DNA of 63,680 nucleotides, counting the filler, from Collodictyon triciliatum (Eukaryota): assembly GCA_043381765.1 (NCBI GenBank). It is 5 parts of 5 records of this genome, joined end to end, with 100 filler letters (N's around TTAATTAATTAA, not from the genome) between each part and the next. Parts side by side here need not be neighbours in the genome. Positions count along the whole stretch, not along the records: positions 29,200 to 44,941 come from JBHJMP010001639.1; positions 45,042 to 60,762 come from JBHJMP010001640.1; 3 more parts are not named here. One strand, 5' to 3'. Below are positions 44,323 to 57,258 of this stretch, one piece after another. Made by a program: the position numbers and the translations under genes. How positions within the stretch are numbered: the stretch's first letter is position 1; the number at the start of each line of letters is the position of its first letter. The notes below the pieces were generated by a model. It worked only from the letters and a program-made list of their open reading frames with translations, searched no databases and was not told where the DNA came from.

Positions 44323-44663
44323 CTTGAGAAGAAAGAAAATAAAAGAGCGGAAAAGAAGGGGAAATAAAGCAAGAAAGTCAAAAAAAAAAAAAAAACGAAA
44401 GGGCGAAATGATTAAACAGAGAGCAGCTCTCAAGGTGTTGCGCGGCATGTGATATTTGTGTGTCATGGCTTGTGGATTCATTGCAAACATCGTGTTTGAA
44501 TGGCAGTGTGCTTGAACCATTAACCAACAGTTTGGAGTGGCTGTAATGCGGTGCAAACCTGCCGTTCAGTTTTATTTGAAATTTTCTTTAAATTCCATAA
44601 TTGTATATATGTTGCTAACTCATTTTTTTATCGCCGACCGATCGTCAAACCGCTTCACACCCA

Positions 44664-44941
44664 AAACATAAGAACATAAGAACATAAGAACATAAAAACC
44701 TAAAAACCTAAAAACCTAAAAACCTAAAAACCTAAAAACCTAAAAACCTAAAAAACATAAAAAACATAAAAAACATAAAAAACATAAAAAACATAAAAAA
44801 CATAAAAAACATAAAAAACATAAAAAACATAAAAAAAAAAAAAAACATAAAAAACATAAAAAACATAAAAAACATAAAAAACATAAAAAACATAAAAAAC
44901 ATAAAAAACATAAAAAACATAAAAAACATAAAAAACATAAA
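44664..44941. repeat. Compound simple repeat (AACATAAG)n-(AAAACCTA)n-(AAAAAACAT)n at contig end
   Basis: Direct reading. Confidence 0.9.
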
Positions 44942-45041
44942 NNNNNNNNNNNNNNNNNNNNNNNNNNNNNNNNNNNNNNNNNNNNTTAATTAATTAANNN
45001 NNNNNNNNNNNNNNNNNNNNNNNNNNNNNNNNNNNNNNNNN
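44942..45041. other. Artificial contig linker
   Basis: Same spacer. Confidence 0.97.
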
Positions 45042-45148
45042 TTAATGTTAATGTTAATGTTAATGTTAATGTTAATGTTAATGTTAATGTTAATGTTAAT
45101 GTTAATGTTAATGTTAATGTTAATGTTAATGTTAATGTTAATGTTAAT
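45042..45148. repeat. (TTAATG)n at contig start
   Basis: Direct reading. Confidence 0.95.
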
Positions 45149-48087
45149 AGATACATCCAACAACAAACAAAAAAATAAGATAAAATATAAGCAACAAAAT
45201 TAAAATGTTTTCAAAAAATACAAGCTTCTGTTTTCACAAAATATGTGTTATGTAGAATTTCACGTTGATTTGTATAATATATGGACAGCGTTTTACATTT
45301 TCTTTATTATAAATGGGATTTTAAACGCTTGTTGCGAAGCATGGGTATCAATTCTAGTCTTTTTATAAATGCAAAAATGCAACATCCGGAGCAATAAATA
45401 TAATGATTAAAACGCCTACAAATGGTCTCAGCCATGATTGTATGGCATTATTATGCACAATGCGGCTCTGAGTACACATATAAAAAAAAATAAAGCATAC
45501 AATTCATATTTCCGAATAATAAAAACTTGATAAGATGCACACCATAATTTCTACTCTTCCATACGCATGTGTGAGATAGGGAGTTTTGAGTTTTGTTTAG
45601 TAGCCGATGTACAATGTGAGATATAACACGGAACGAGGTTTAATTGGTGATAAAATGACAAATATCAATAATTGGATTTCTCCTCTATTTTATGTTGTGT
45701 TGTTCTGCACGTAGAAAAGCGGGGATTAAAATAAATTCAACTATAAATATATTTGTTTTTGTAGCAGTATACTATTTGTAATTATCTACTAAATAAATAT
45801 TTGTTAGACTGACATTTTGTAACTTGAGATGAGGGTATTTTTTCAGCTCTGTTTCCTTTCAAAAAACTGACGTAATGAAGCAAATATTATTTAAACTGCC
45901 AGAAAAAAAGCGTTGTCCTCAACGGCACACATTTTCACAGCCCACGTTTATAAGTAAACAAAGAATTCATATTTTAGTTGGTTAATTGCGCAGATAATTA
46001 AAAAAAAAAAAAGAACAGTTTTTAAAATCAACAAAATTGACAAAAAAAATAAATGAAAAAGGGCACTGTGTGTTAGCTTTTTTATGATTATATATCTTAT
46101 TTTACTTTTTTATAAAGGACTTGTTGCGGAGCTGTGTTACAACTTTTATTTTCAATATTTTAATTTTAAATACAACAAAATAGTGTTTTAAGTAAGTGAT
46201 GTAAGAAGCAACGAATAGGTGCCAAGAATTTGTGATGTATAATATAATAATATGCCACTATTTCCGAAGCAGGCACCCATGACAACTTTGCAGGATAATC
46301 TTGTGTTGAACTGCATTTTGAAACTTATAGGGATATTATCTCATTGTTGTTTTCACAAACCCCATAATACCATATGAGGCTCGGAACAATGCCTGCAGGC
46401 TTCGAATCTTGTTGGATGTTCCAGTCAGATGACGCCTTCATAAATGTCGTACTTTTAGAATATGCCGATAAACGCGTAATCAGCGCATCGAACCAGGAGT
46501 CCATTCTCTTTATTGATATGTACACAATCAAGAAGCAAGTGTATGGAGTCGCTGATTTTGCCTTTACCTTTCATGGCGCAAATAAACTGAACATTTTTTT
46601 TGTTAAGCTTTTGCATTACTTAGTTACCAGAGTCTGTCACATCGAAACTTCCTTGGCTATCAAAAGTAATCGAGAGCGTGTGGTTAGATATTTTTTCTCT
46701 GTAATCCTTTTACGTCCGATAATTGTGAAAAGTTTCAAAAAGCCAGCGCAAAGCTTCGTTTGATGGTCTTTATAGCATGCAAACGCAATGAATCTTTTAT
46801 CAGACACAGCAATTACTTTCGGTCTGTGTAAGAAAATAAGGCATTTTATTTGCACATTAATACATGTACATGTGTAGCTGAGGCTATTGCAAACTGTATG
46901 CAAACCATCTGCTGGTCTTCATGTGTGCTATTACTGTTTTCGTTATGTGGATGAGCACATACGATTCATGGACACTAAACTTGAGCTTAAGTGTTGAAAA
47001 ATCATTAAAAGCTTTAGGATTTGCTGCGTTATACATAGAAAATGCAGAAATGTGATAAAATATTGATGTAGAGTGACTTCTGTCCTTTTTTTTTTTTTTT
47101 CATTTATGCGAGACTATAGAATTTCCGTAAGCTGTGTGTTATGTTTTGTGGTGAATTCTGTGGCATTTAATTCAAACACGACGATTCGATCGTATTGTCT
47201 TATTTATTCATTCAAGATATATCGCAGCACACTGGAGATAATCTGAAGCGCGGATATTTCAATGAAGTGTCATTTTTTTTGGAGTGGAAGATAAATACAT
47301 ATATTTTCCTAATCAAGTGAATTACGTTCCCGTTTGAAACTGTGAATGCTATTTTTCAGACTATTTCATGAGCGTGCATAGAGCTTTGTCGGTGATGTAA
47401 GTTAAGGGGATGTCACAGACTAGCTCATCTTTTGGCTTTTCGAGTGGGTCAAAGGTACAGTGCTTCAATGATTCTAGATGTCAGACTATATGATTTTACA
47501 TAAACCAAAGGTATACATATCAAATCATAGAAACATATGGCATGCAAATGATAAAATACAAATTTAATGATATTTGTTTATTGGGTGTTGGTGCCATTTA
47601 CAAAATAAACTTCTACCTGTAGATTTTTAGCCTTTCTTTGAATAATCGTACTTGCCTACCTAAACTTTCTTTAAATATCTGGCTCATTTGTTGTTTATTT
47701 GCATATTGTGTGAATCTAAATGTTTTTTATTCATGAAACATTTTTTATATGTAAAAAAAAAAAAAAAGTCACACATAAACATATTTGTAAATTTTTTTAT
47801 GGTATACATACCTGATTGATTTTACCTCAATAGAATTATGCATCCCGCCAACTGGCGTTATGAACAATAAAGCTCTTGTATTTTAAAGGAAGATAATTGA
47901 ATTGGCACAATATAATTATTGATTATATGATTTGCCTAATATTTGGTGCATACAGTCACTTTGTTCACAATGGGCAGTCTTTAATGGAGGTTCATGGCAA
48001 AATGGTCAAAAAACAGTCCAACATGAACCCTCATTTGATTGCGTAGAATTTTTGGTACAGCTCCAAATTTGAGTACCTAAAATGCAA

Positions 48088-48190
<103 letters not shown>

Positions 48191-48555
48191 TTACATATAA
48201 TAACAGTATATAATGATAAAACGTGGATAAAATTATAGATAATTATCATATTATTGATTAATTGTGCATTAAATATGGATTAGCTAGCAAAACATAATTT
48301 GAATAACCAATTCATATAAGCTTGAACGGAAGCACGGTTGTCATCATTTAATTCGGTATGCATTTTGCCATGCCTCGTAAAGATATCGCCCTTTCTCAAC
48401 GCAGACGAGACACTTATTTTTTGGCATAACTATGAATGTTTCATCCCTTGCATCGGAAAGAATATCGACCTTTTTGTGACCTTACCATCACTGTCCTTAC
48501 CTGATTTTATATCCTGTTAACGCGAATCAATCACATTATTTAAGATACTCACTAC

Positions 48556-48773
48556 CTTTTTTCATTCATATAAATTAGCTCGGTACACACTGGGCATCCA
48601 AACGCCATACTTTTATTTGAACTGCTGACAGCTGCCATGATACAGCCAAAGCAAAATAGGTTTTGACCCGGTAGAACTGCAAAACTGTTTTATTGAGTGA
48701 CACATATGCCACAAACACTTTTGCTGTAGCATGCGTTGATTTCGACCTCTGTCACCTTTTTTATGTTCTCATC
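48556..48773 (-). pseudogene. Degenerate RING-finger exon of a decayed multi-exon gene
   Basis: An AG/GT-bounded segment reads VCGICVTQ*NSFAVLPGQNLFCFGCIMAAV..FGCPVCTELI. The spacing is RING-like, but there is an in-frame TAA and the central C/H ligands are lost. Confidence 0.6.
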
Positions 48774-51700
48774 CTATTTATTCGAAGGGCTTAGATTTGC
48801 ACTGACATTTACAAGAAATTACGCCATGTAAAAATAAAAATCACATAGATATCCATAATTTTTGCTTTTGGCTTTTCGTCCATCCTTTCTTCGTACGCAA
48901 AAATCTTATCTTGGCCAGTTGGCTTTTTATGTCTGAGATATGACTTATTAATCAAAACAATGTAAAATGTTATATCTCATAAATGAATAATAAATGATGA
49001 TAACTTTACCCCTCAGCAATGCATTCTCACAAGAACATGACTTAGCAATCGTGCAGATGCCTTTTCGATGTTCAACTCTTACTGTGTACTGCTGACCTCG
49101 AATGCACGATGCATTATCCAATAAGATGCTAAATATGCCCATATATTCACTTTAAAACCTAGTAATATAATTTGCGTTTATTCGCTTCCAGGGGAAATTG
49201 GCCTCGGATAGAATCCGTGTCAGGGCTCCTGTTAGTTGCAGCCGTTTAGAGTTGTAACTATTCTCGGCCTTCATACATGCATTTTGATGAGCTGCAAACT
49301 CATTAACTATACCAAGCTGACCTTGACCCGAATCCGACGCGTTCATCGCTTGCAAACAAGGGGCAGTCAACTGCGCCGGATTGAAAAAAAAAACACTTTG
49401 AATTGAACGATGAATATAAAATATTAAAATTATTATTATTTACAATACACTGTCATGTGTTTCATGGGCTAAAGGCATAAATTTCATCCTATGCGAAAAT
49501 ATTGTAAGATATGTTGATTTTGTTTGCATATATTGTGTTCCTGGAAGATTTTGCTATTTTTTTATTATTAAATTATATGTAAGAAATCATAATTTACACA
49601 GCCTGTGTGGACAGTATTCAACTCTTGCGCGTGTGTCACTTGCTCTCAAACGATGATTTTATTATATTTTTTTTATGAAATATATGTTATTATACTTTTT
49701 TCAAGATGTAGGCTTTGCGTGGCCTTTTCAACTTACTACTTTCTTTGAGCTTGTAAGGCACCGGCAGTGTTGTTCAACTATTAATGAAATGTTTTTTTTG
49801 GAAAATATTAAGTTGTTTTTATATAAATGTATTAAAAGATTTTTAGCAAACGTGTTCATAAAGCCTCAGAGTGTGTAAGCATAGACCATTTTTCTACTTA
49901 TCACTATTGCATCGGAGAAGATTAAGGAATTTCGCGTGACATTTTCCTAATTATGTTTATGTAGTCTCTATTTATCCACATCACTAGCACATAAGTGAGT
50001 GATGCAAATCCACATGCAGCTTTTTCATCTGTTCGCATACTTGTAAGCTTCTGAAGCGAAAACTAGAAAAAAAAACACAAAAAATTATATATGCATAAAT
50101 AATAATAAAAAAATGAATAATTTAAAACTGAATTAAACTTACTGGATTTGCATAAACACCAAGAGAGGTAAACCCGGTCAAGCAAAGTATTTATGGTGGT
50201 ATTAAACAAGAATAATTTAAAGAATAATTTTATCAAAAAAACCTTCCAATAATAAAATCATTGAAAGGAGCAGTTTCAGATTCTTTGTTTTTAAGAAACA
50301 GAAATATACACCCAAGCAAGGTGTCAATATTGCGGGCATCAGTAATTGCTCTCTGCTCCCTTAGGAACAAAATTTTTGAGGTATTACAGCGAAAAACTAG
50401 CAAGTGTTTTCAATATATTCCTTACAAATGTGCAAGCAAATCGATAAGCTTGTGGTGATGCGTTGAAGGTTTTTTATTATTTGCCAAACATCTTTTATAA
50501 TAGATAAAAAATTCGATGGCAATGGTTTTGTATATATGAGTTATGTTGCTTTTAATTGATTCAACGTAGCAGTTTATTTATTTTCCTTGGCTTCATTTCA
50601 TCTATTTACTAATAGAAAACAAATTCGAGGTGCTGCCTTCGCCTTTAAGACAAACACGAGATATAGATGAGACAGTGAAAAACTTGAACTTTATGTATTT
50701 GGATTTTTTGTTTATAAAATATAAAAGATAGATAGAGAGAGATGAATAGGAATGTAAGAAAAGATAAACCGATTGGTGAAATAAAAAGATAGCAAAGTGT
50801 TTTTACGCAGACTTTTTCTTCCTGAAGTGAGTTAAATCAAACATGGTTTTAAGATTGTAGGCATGGGCGCCAACATCTTATTCTGTTGTAAATAAAAAAA
50901 AAAACTTCAACGCGGGTTCATATTGTGTTCGAGACTGACAGAAGGGCAGATAGAATTGTCGGGTTGATAAAAGCACTCACAAATCAGTTATCTTAAAAAC
51001 GATTTCAAGGAGTTTTATAACCTGTGTATGTCAGACGGTTATTATATTCTTCAACGCGAGGGTCATTTAAATAGACTATAATATATAACAACAATAAGTG
51101 GTGCGGTTGAGCAAGGGATTGCAAGGTAAAACAAAAATACAGGATTTTTCTTTTTATTTGGTTATGCTGTGGTTAGTACAATCTTACAATAATTCGCAAA
51201 TATACCAAAAAGAATATTCTGGAAGTTTGAGAAGTAATTTGTCTATGGTTTTATGTCGTGTGCAAGGTATTTCATCAGCGATGATATTTTGGTGGATTCC
51301 CTATTTTTTTATTTTTATTTTTGTTTACAGTTGTTATTTGTTAGGATAACTCTATCTAAAGTTTTATCATTCTATTTTTATATATACGCTTGTACTTCAA
51401 GAGATGGCTTCGTATGCTCTTGATTTCTTCGATAAATTCCTAAGATTAGCATCCCAAGAAATATCATATGGGAGTAGGGCAGCTCTCTTGGGTTTTTATG
51501 TCAGCTTGGTTTCTCTTCGGGGTCTCATCATTACCAACGTTCTTTTGCTGATTTATATTAGTTTTCTGGTATCAAAATAATTGTATACATTATGTGTATG
51601 ATTTTAAATGCATTAAAAAATACATTACTATGCCAGGTCAAACAATCCAGGGTTACACAAATTTAAAAAGAGAGCATAATAATTTACAAAGCCAAGCCTT

Positions 51701-52739
51701 TACTATTTGGTCTGGACTTCGTGGTCAGTGTCACAGCCAGCGTGTATCACGGAGTATTGATTTATTAATAATTTTTAAGTGAACAGCAGTATCGATATTC
51801 CAGTCTCATAGGGACTGTATTTTGATTATTCAACGCACGATGATTACATATATAAAGCCAACAATACACTAGCCATAGCATATAATCAAAAATATTGTAT
51901 CAATTTATTAAAAATGTATGTTGTGTTTATTTGGTTCGTAATGTATTTATCTTGCTCGATAACCTGAATCATCACTTTACAACTAATATCTCATAGATGT
52001 AAGATAGTCTTGCACTGTTTGCATTCTTTATCGTATGCATACTTATGAAAGCAATCAAATATTTATTTCATAATTACAAAAGAGTTACTAACAGTATTGG
52101 TACAATCCTGTTCAAATTGATTTATTCCGATGATTTTTTAATTTTTGATTGATTTGATTAGTTTTTGTCATGAAAAAGTATATCGATATGTTGGATGTAA
52201 CATTTCGCTTAAATACGGTATTCAAGTCCGAATGGGTATTAAAAAGTTAAATCAGATTATGCATCTATAAAATGCTCCGTATGAAGAAACCAACCTATCC
52301 ATACGATAAGCACCCTCCAAAAAGTCATATTAGTTGGATGCCTATTAAAAAATTTCATGTGACTATGTCTATACATACTGAAAACAATATTTAGTTATTA
52401 ACCTATTTGTCATCATAAACTTCAACATCTGCATTAATTAAGAAAAAAAACTAAAAAAAAACCTTCAAAATTAGCGTGTGTAAAGGTTATGCACGCAAGT
52501 AAAAACGTTTTCTACAGATTTGCTTTCTCGACATATCACTGTAGAAAAACATCAAATGAAATCGCGCGTTAATATACACCAGTAGAACAAATAAGCGGAT
52601 TATAGCGTCAAATCAATATGAGCTCTATGACCTACAAACAAGAGTAAAAAAGAAATATAAGTGATTAGCGAAGAAGCAAAGCATATCAGACTTGTTTTTT
52701 GGATGTAAAGCAAATGCAGAGTCAAATATTCTTATTTTC

Positions 52740-53085
52740 TTGCTTTATTGTTATTTGCCCAGTCGCTTCGCACACAAATATTTATGATACAAAAAAGTAG
52801 AAAATAAAAAAAATGGTATGTGTTTCCAGAAGCTTTATATTTATGAATATAATAGAACTGTATTTAATCCGTCTTGGTGGAGCACACGACTGAATGGACA
52901 CCCCTGAACGCTACCTATCACTGGACATACACCAAAAGGCATAATGTTGTTTTGGATATACACTACTAAGCGAGATGGCATAACATACGATCTATACTCA
53001 TTCGCTCTCTCTTTTTTCACATGCCACAATCATAAGAGAAAACAAAATATTATATGGTCGATATCATACAGAGTAAACCATTTGC
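52740..53085 (-). mobile_element. Highly decayed non-LTR reverse-transcriptase remnant
   Basis: The minus strand gives DIDHIIFCFLL*..VYIQNNIMPFGVCPVIGSVQGCPFSRVL and later CEATGQITIK. These resemble the L1-type RT motifs D.V.H.FL, G.RQGCPLSP and F..ASG..IN in the correct order. YADD was not found. Confidence 0.4.
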
Positions 53086-53140
53086 TTTTTTTTTTTTTTA
53101 TGATGTGGTTTGCATTTATTTTGTTTGGGCAGTGTTTTTG

Positions 53141-53788
53141 GCTGCTTCATATCACCAATAGGGAGCTATGGATAGGCACACGCGCGGCAAAAGCTGGCAA
53201 AGTCTCCCAACAATGCACGCTTTGCAGCAACGGTGATGAATCCATTGAGCACACATTTGTACAATGTCCCTTCGCTCAAAACCTGCGCGAAACAGCCGGT
53301 GAGATTCTTCGACTGACACTCAAGACGGCTGCGGCTGTTGGCCCAATCCAGGCGATAATTGGGCCTCTGCAACAGCTGCGTCCAGATGCAAAAACACTCT
53401 GGGCAGTGACGCGAGGCCATTTGCTATGGACTATGTGGATAGAATGCGTATACTCACGCAAAGCAAGGCTCAACAAGCAGCCACCCATTCCTGACAATAG
53501 ACTGGATGGCATCATACAAATCTCTTTCCTCAATAGCTTTCTTCGCCACCTGCACGTTCTCTACTACTCAGACCCTGTGAGAAGAGACGTATGGAAAGAG
53601 GCTGAGAAAGATATTAAACCTCACCTTGTCTCATGCAATCACAAGACCCAGGCTACAGACCAAACCGCAGGATGCAATTCCTGATTACCGACTACTTCTC
53701 CATCACCCGGAAACCAAGTAGCGTCCATGCAAACGATGGCAAAAAAATAAAAAAAAAATAAAAAAAAATAAAAAAAAATAAAAAAAAA
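53141..53788 (+). mobile_element. 5'-truncated LINE (L1/Tx1-like) 3' end: zf-RVT region, short 3' UTR and A-rich tail
   Basis: CTLCSNGDESIEHTFVQCPFA (CCHC zf-RVT) followed by LWTMW. Stop at 53684, then an (A8-10T)n tail at 53741-53788. GC content rises abruptly near 53140. Confidence 0.82.
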
Positions 53789-53951
53789 CTGAACCAAATG
53801 CGAAGATATGCTAACACGAACCATTCGGCCTGTGTAAAAGAAAGCGACGATACGAAAATATGGGAGTTGCTTTTTATTGCATATCGATAGGAGTGAGCAG
53901 CTTATTAAAAAGAATAAAGGGAGGAGGATTCAGTGTGAGAGAGAGAGAGAG

Positions 53952-54002
<51 letters not shown>

Positions 54003-54071
54003 TGGTGAACGAATGCAGCTGCTTCTCTACGACGGGGATAAGACTATCAACCCACCAGCAGCAAAAGGCGT

Positions 54072-54836
54072 TTACTTCGAAAGCTCAACACGAAGCTCCG
54101 CAAGCGAAGGTCTTTCCTCGGGCGTCTGACTCAGGACTCTTGTCAGAGTGTCCTTCAGCGCGAGATCCGTAATTCCCTTTGTGTCAAAGCGGCGGACTTT
54201 GGGGATCTTCTTTGCGTTGAGCATCCACAGAATGAGCCCGATAGAATAGACGTCGCTCTTCTCTTGCGCATACGCACCGCTGCGAAAGACTTCTGGCGGG
54301 GCAACAGCAATGTCGGCGCGTCTCGAAGAGGTTCCCTTCTTTTGGATACTGTCGCGCAGCTCCAACATGGCGTAGTCGCAGAGCGCAATGTTATCATCCC
54401 TTTTGAGGATCACGTTGTCTGGCTTGATGTTGTAGTTGTAGACGCCGTTTTCATGCAGGAAGCGGACGTTGTTGCAGATCTTGACGCCAATATCTTTGAT
54501 CTTCCTGACGTCAAGGGTGTTTCTCGGAATGTACGTCGTAAAGCTCTCACCATCCACAAAGTCGCGGACAATGTGCAAAGCATTGGTGCGGACATACCCA
54601 CCGACATAGGTCACAAAGCCGGCGTTTTTGGGCAGATCGACAAGCTTCTTGACCTCCTTCAGAATCGCTTCCACGTCTTCGGGCTTGTACAACTGCGACT
54701 TTTGGTACTCCTTGATGACGACATCTTGACCGTTCCTGTTATCTCTCGCCTTGATGATGCGGTAGTCTCCCTCAGCTTGGAAGATCTCGGCTCCAGGCGT
54801 AAAGTCCGAGCTTCGGGTAACAACGAATTGCTCCAT
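54072..54836 (-). CDS. Protein kinase-fold protein, probable pseudokinase (copy 1), intronless, 254 aa
   Basis: Has VVIKEY, the alphaC Glu, NYNIKPDNVIL, LCDYA, APPE and KSDVYSIG..ERP. No Gly loop; HRD is replaced by NYN and DFG by DYA. Confidence 0.9.
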   Translation of the reverse strand: MEQFVVTRSSDFTPGAEIFQAEGDYRIIKARDNRNGQDVVIKEYQKSQLYKPEDVEAILKEVKKLVDLPKNAGFVTYVGGYVRTNALHIVRDFVDGESFTTYIPRNTLDVRKIKDIGVKICNNVRFLHENGVYNYNIKPDNVILKRDDNIALCDYAMLELRDSIQKKGTSSRRADIAVAPPEVFRSGAYAQEKSDVYSIGLILWMLNAKKIPKVRRFDTKGITDLALKDTLTRVLSQTPEERPSLAELRVELSK

Positions 54837-55742
54837 TCTATGTGCTGCGCTTCTGTGGTATTGTGTGGTTATTGCTCAGAGGTTGTGAGGTTACGTTCTC
54901 TATGTGAGAGCTTCTTACCCTTTTTTTTTCTCGGTCTCTCTCCCTTTTGGCTGATTCGTCCTTTTCTCGTGAACTCTTTTCTGCTTGTTGTCGATCTCTG
55001 TCTGGCTTTGTCGCGTTCTTTGCTTATTTGGCGAGATGATCCAGAGAAAGAAGGAAAACCACATAACGAGGCGCGGGATGTTTGCTCGGGTATATAAATT
55101 CACGGCATGTTCTCACCATTCATAGAATTAATCTATTTGTGGGATTTAATTTTCGGGCTATTCTGAGATGGCGCAATCGGAGAACAGAAATCCAGAACAG
55201 ACGCGGATGGCAAGCCGGGGGCTGTCAGTTAGGTGTCTGGGCTTGCGGGCTAGGGAATTGCGACACTAGGTGGTTTGATGCTTTTTTTTTCTCCTTTTTC
55301 GATTAATAGGGTGTGATGCTTCTTTTATTTTTATGGTATGATAGGATGTAAGGACTCCTTTGCTCTTCGTCCGTTTGCTTTCATCAGCGTGGTGGTTGGG
55401 TGGCGATGGGTTACTGGGTGCTTCTTAATGGGCTTGTTGTCCGCGGACACTCGGCCTCTTGCCTGCGAATTGTTAGTGTGGGCCAAAACCAGGATGGAGA
55501 AGAAGGAGAAGAAGAAGAAAGGGAAAAAGAATCATGAATGATATCTCTGGGGAGTATTAGACCTATCTGCCCAACACTCGCTTCCGTCAATTACATCCTA
55601 TGAACAAAGGCATTCGCGCGAGACAGACGACAAGCTAGGCATGGCAAATAGGACAAATATTCATTAATCCAGGATAGATACGCATCAGGGGCCTCACAAG
55701 CATTCTTTCAAAAGAAAACAAAAAGGGCGGCCACATCGGCAT

Positions 55743-56504
55743 TTATTTAGAGAGATCAGCATGGAGCTCAGCCAGTGTAGGTCTATCTTCGGGTGTCTGC
55801 TTCATCGCTTTGCTTATGATCTCCTTCATCGTGGGGTCGGTGACCAGCTTCATGTCGAAGCGGCGAACATTGGGGATCTTCCTTGCGCAGAGCATCCACA
55901 GAATGAGTCCGATGGAGTACACGTCGCTCTTCTCTTGCGCGTACTCGCCATTGCGAATGAGTTCTGGAGGGGCGATTGTAAGGTCAGCGCGTTTGGAGGA
56001 AGTTCCCTTTCTTTGGAGACTCTCGCGCAGCTCCAACATGGCGTAGTCGCAGAGCGCAATCTTTCCGTCTTTTTTGAGGATCACGTTGTCTGGCTTGATG
56101 TTGTAGTTGTAGACGCCGTTTTCATGCAGGAAGCGGACGTTTTCACATATCTTGAGGCCGATCTCTTTGATCTTTGGAGCATCAAACGTGTGTGTGGTGA
56201 TGATCTTGTTGAAGGTATCGCCTTCCGTAAAGTCGCGGGCGATGTGCAATGTCCCAACCTCAACATACGCACCGATATATCCCACAAAGTCTGCGTTTTT
56301 GGGCAGATTGACAAGCTTCAGGACTTCCTGCATGATCAAAGCAATGTCTTCGGGCTTGTGCAGCTGCGACTTTTGGTACTCCTTGATCGCTATCAGCTCT
56401 CCGGTTTCCTTCAGTATCGCTTGAATGATGCGGTAGTCTGCGTCCGAGGCAATCACCGACCCAGCCACCACGTCAGGTGCTTGGATTTTGACAAACTGGG
56501 CCAT
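55743..56504 (-). CDS. Protein kinase-fold protein, probable pseudokinase (copy 2, tandem paralog), intronless, 253 aa
   Basis: Colinear with 54072-54836 and carries the same degenerate motifs (IAIKEY, NYNIKPDN, DYA, APPE). Confidence 0.9.
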   Translation of the reverse strand: MAQFVKIQAPDVVAGSVIASDADYRIIQAILKETGELIAIKEYQKSQLHKPEDIALIMQEVLKLVNLPKNADFVGYIGAYVEVGTLHIARDFTEGDTFNKIITTHTFDAPKIKEIGLKICENVRFLHENGVYNYNIKPDNVILKKDGKIALCDYAMLELRESLQRKGTSSKRADLTIAPPELIRNGEYAQEKSDVYSIGLILWMLCARKIPNVRRFDMKLVTDPTMKEIISKAMKQTPEDRPTLAELHADLSK

Positions 56505-57258
56505 TTCTTTTCCTCCTTTGCTTTCTCTATTTGTTTGGTTTTAGTTTGGTTTCGTCGAGAGAAGCAAAAGTAAAAAAAAAAAAAAGGATTTGAAGTGACG
56601 ACATAAGATTGTGAATAGGAATCAGAGAGTTGCTCGATCAGAGTGAAGGTCAAGCCTCTTCCCTTTGCTTTCTTTTCTTTTTGTTTTCTCGTCTTGTTTT
56701 CCTGTCTTGTTTTCCTGTCTTGTTTTCCTGTCTTGTTTTCTTGTCTCGTTTTCTAGTCTTGTTTTCTCGTCTTGTTTCCTTGTAATGGCATCGGAGCTTG
56801 ATCAACCTGCCCGGCTCTTTCCTCGGGGTGACATAGGCTTCGGCTTATAACCTCTAAGGTCACTAATTTCGGAAAATAATCGTTCTAATGTGGACAATCG
56901 CTTCAAGGGGAGAACCCCCAATATATTTAACTTTCCCGGTGTTGCTTGTGCTCTCCACAGAAAAAAGAAGGTTTATATGCCTTTGGGGTGTGGTGACTTG
57001 ATTATACGTGATTACTCAAAATTGTTTAATTAATAGGCTGGATTGAGAGGGACTGCTATGATTAATGGATGGCAGCTGTAGATTCAAGTCAGAGATGTGC
57101 TTGCAATCAACATGAACTCGCGATGTACTTGGACACAGGTCATAGGTTGAAACAACAAAAAGTGGAGGAGGAAAGGTGGTTAAACAACCTTGTTTCCTTA
57201 CAATATTTTTTTATCGATTTATTTTCGTAAATGAAATCCAACGCAGGTGATCAATGTG

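Noticed and set aside
44695..44755. (AAAACCTA)n near a contig end, resembling a telomeric repeat
   Set aside because: Only about 7 units, embedded in a compound repeat that changes unit. It is not terminal, and the C-rich strand faces the wrong way for a right-hand telomere.
54264..56573. + strand ORFs of 277 and 270 aa over the kinases
   Set aside because: Antisense shadows caused by codon bias; no recognisable motifs.
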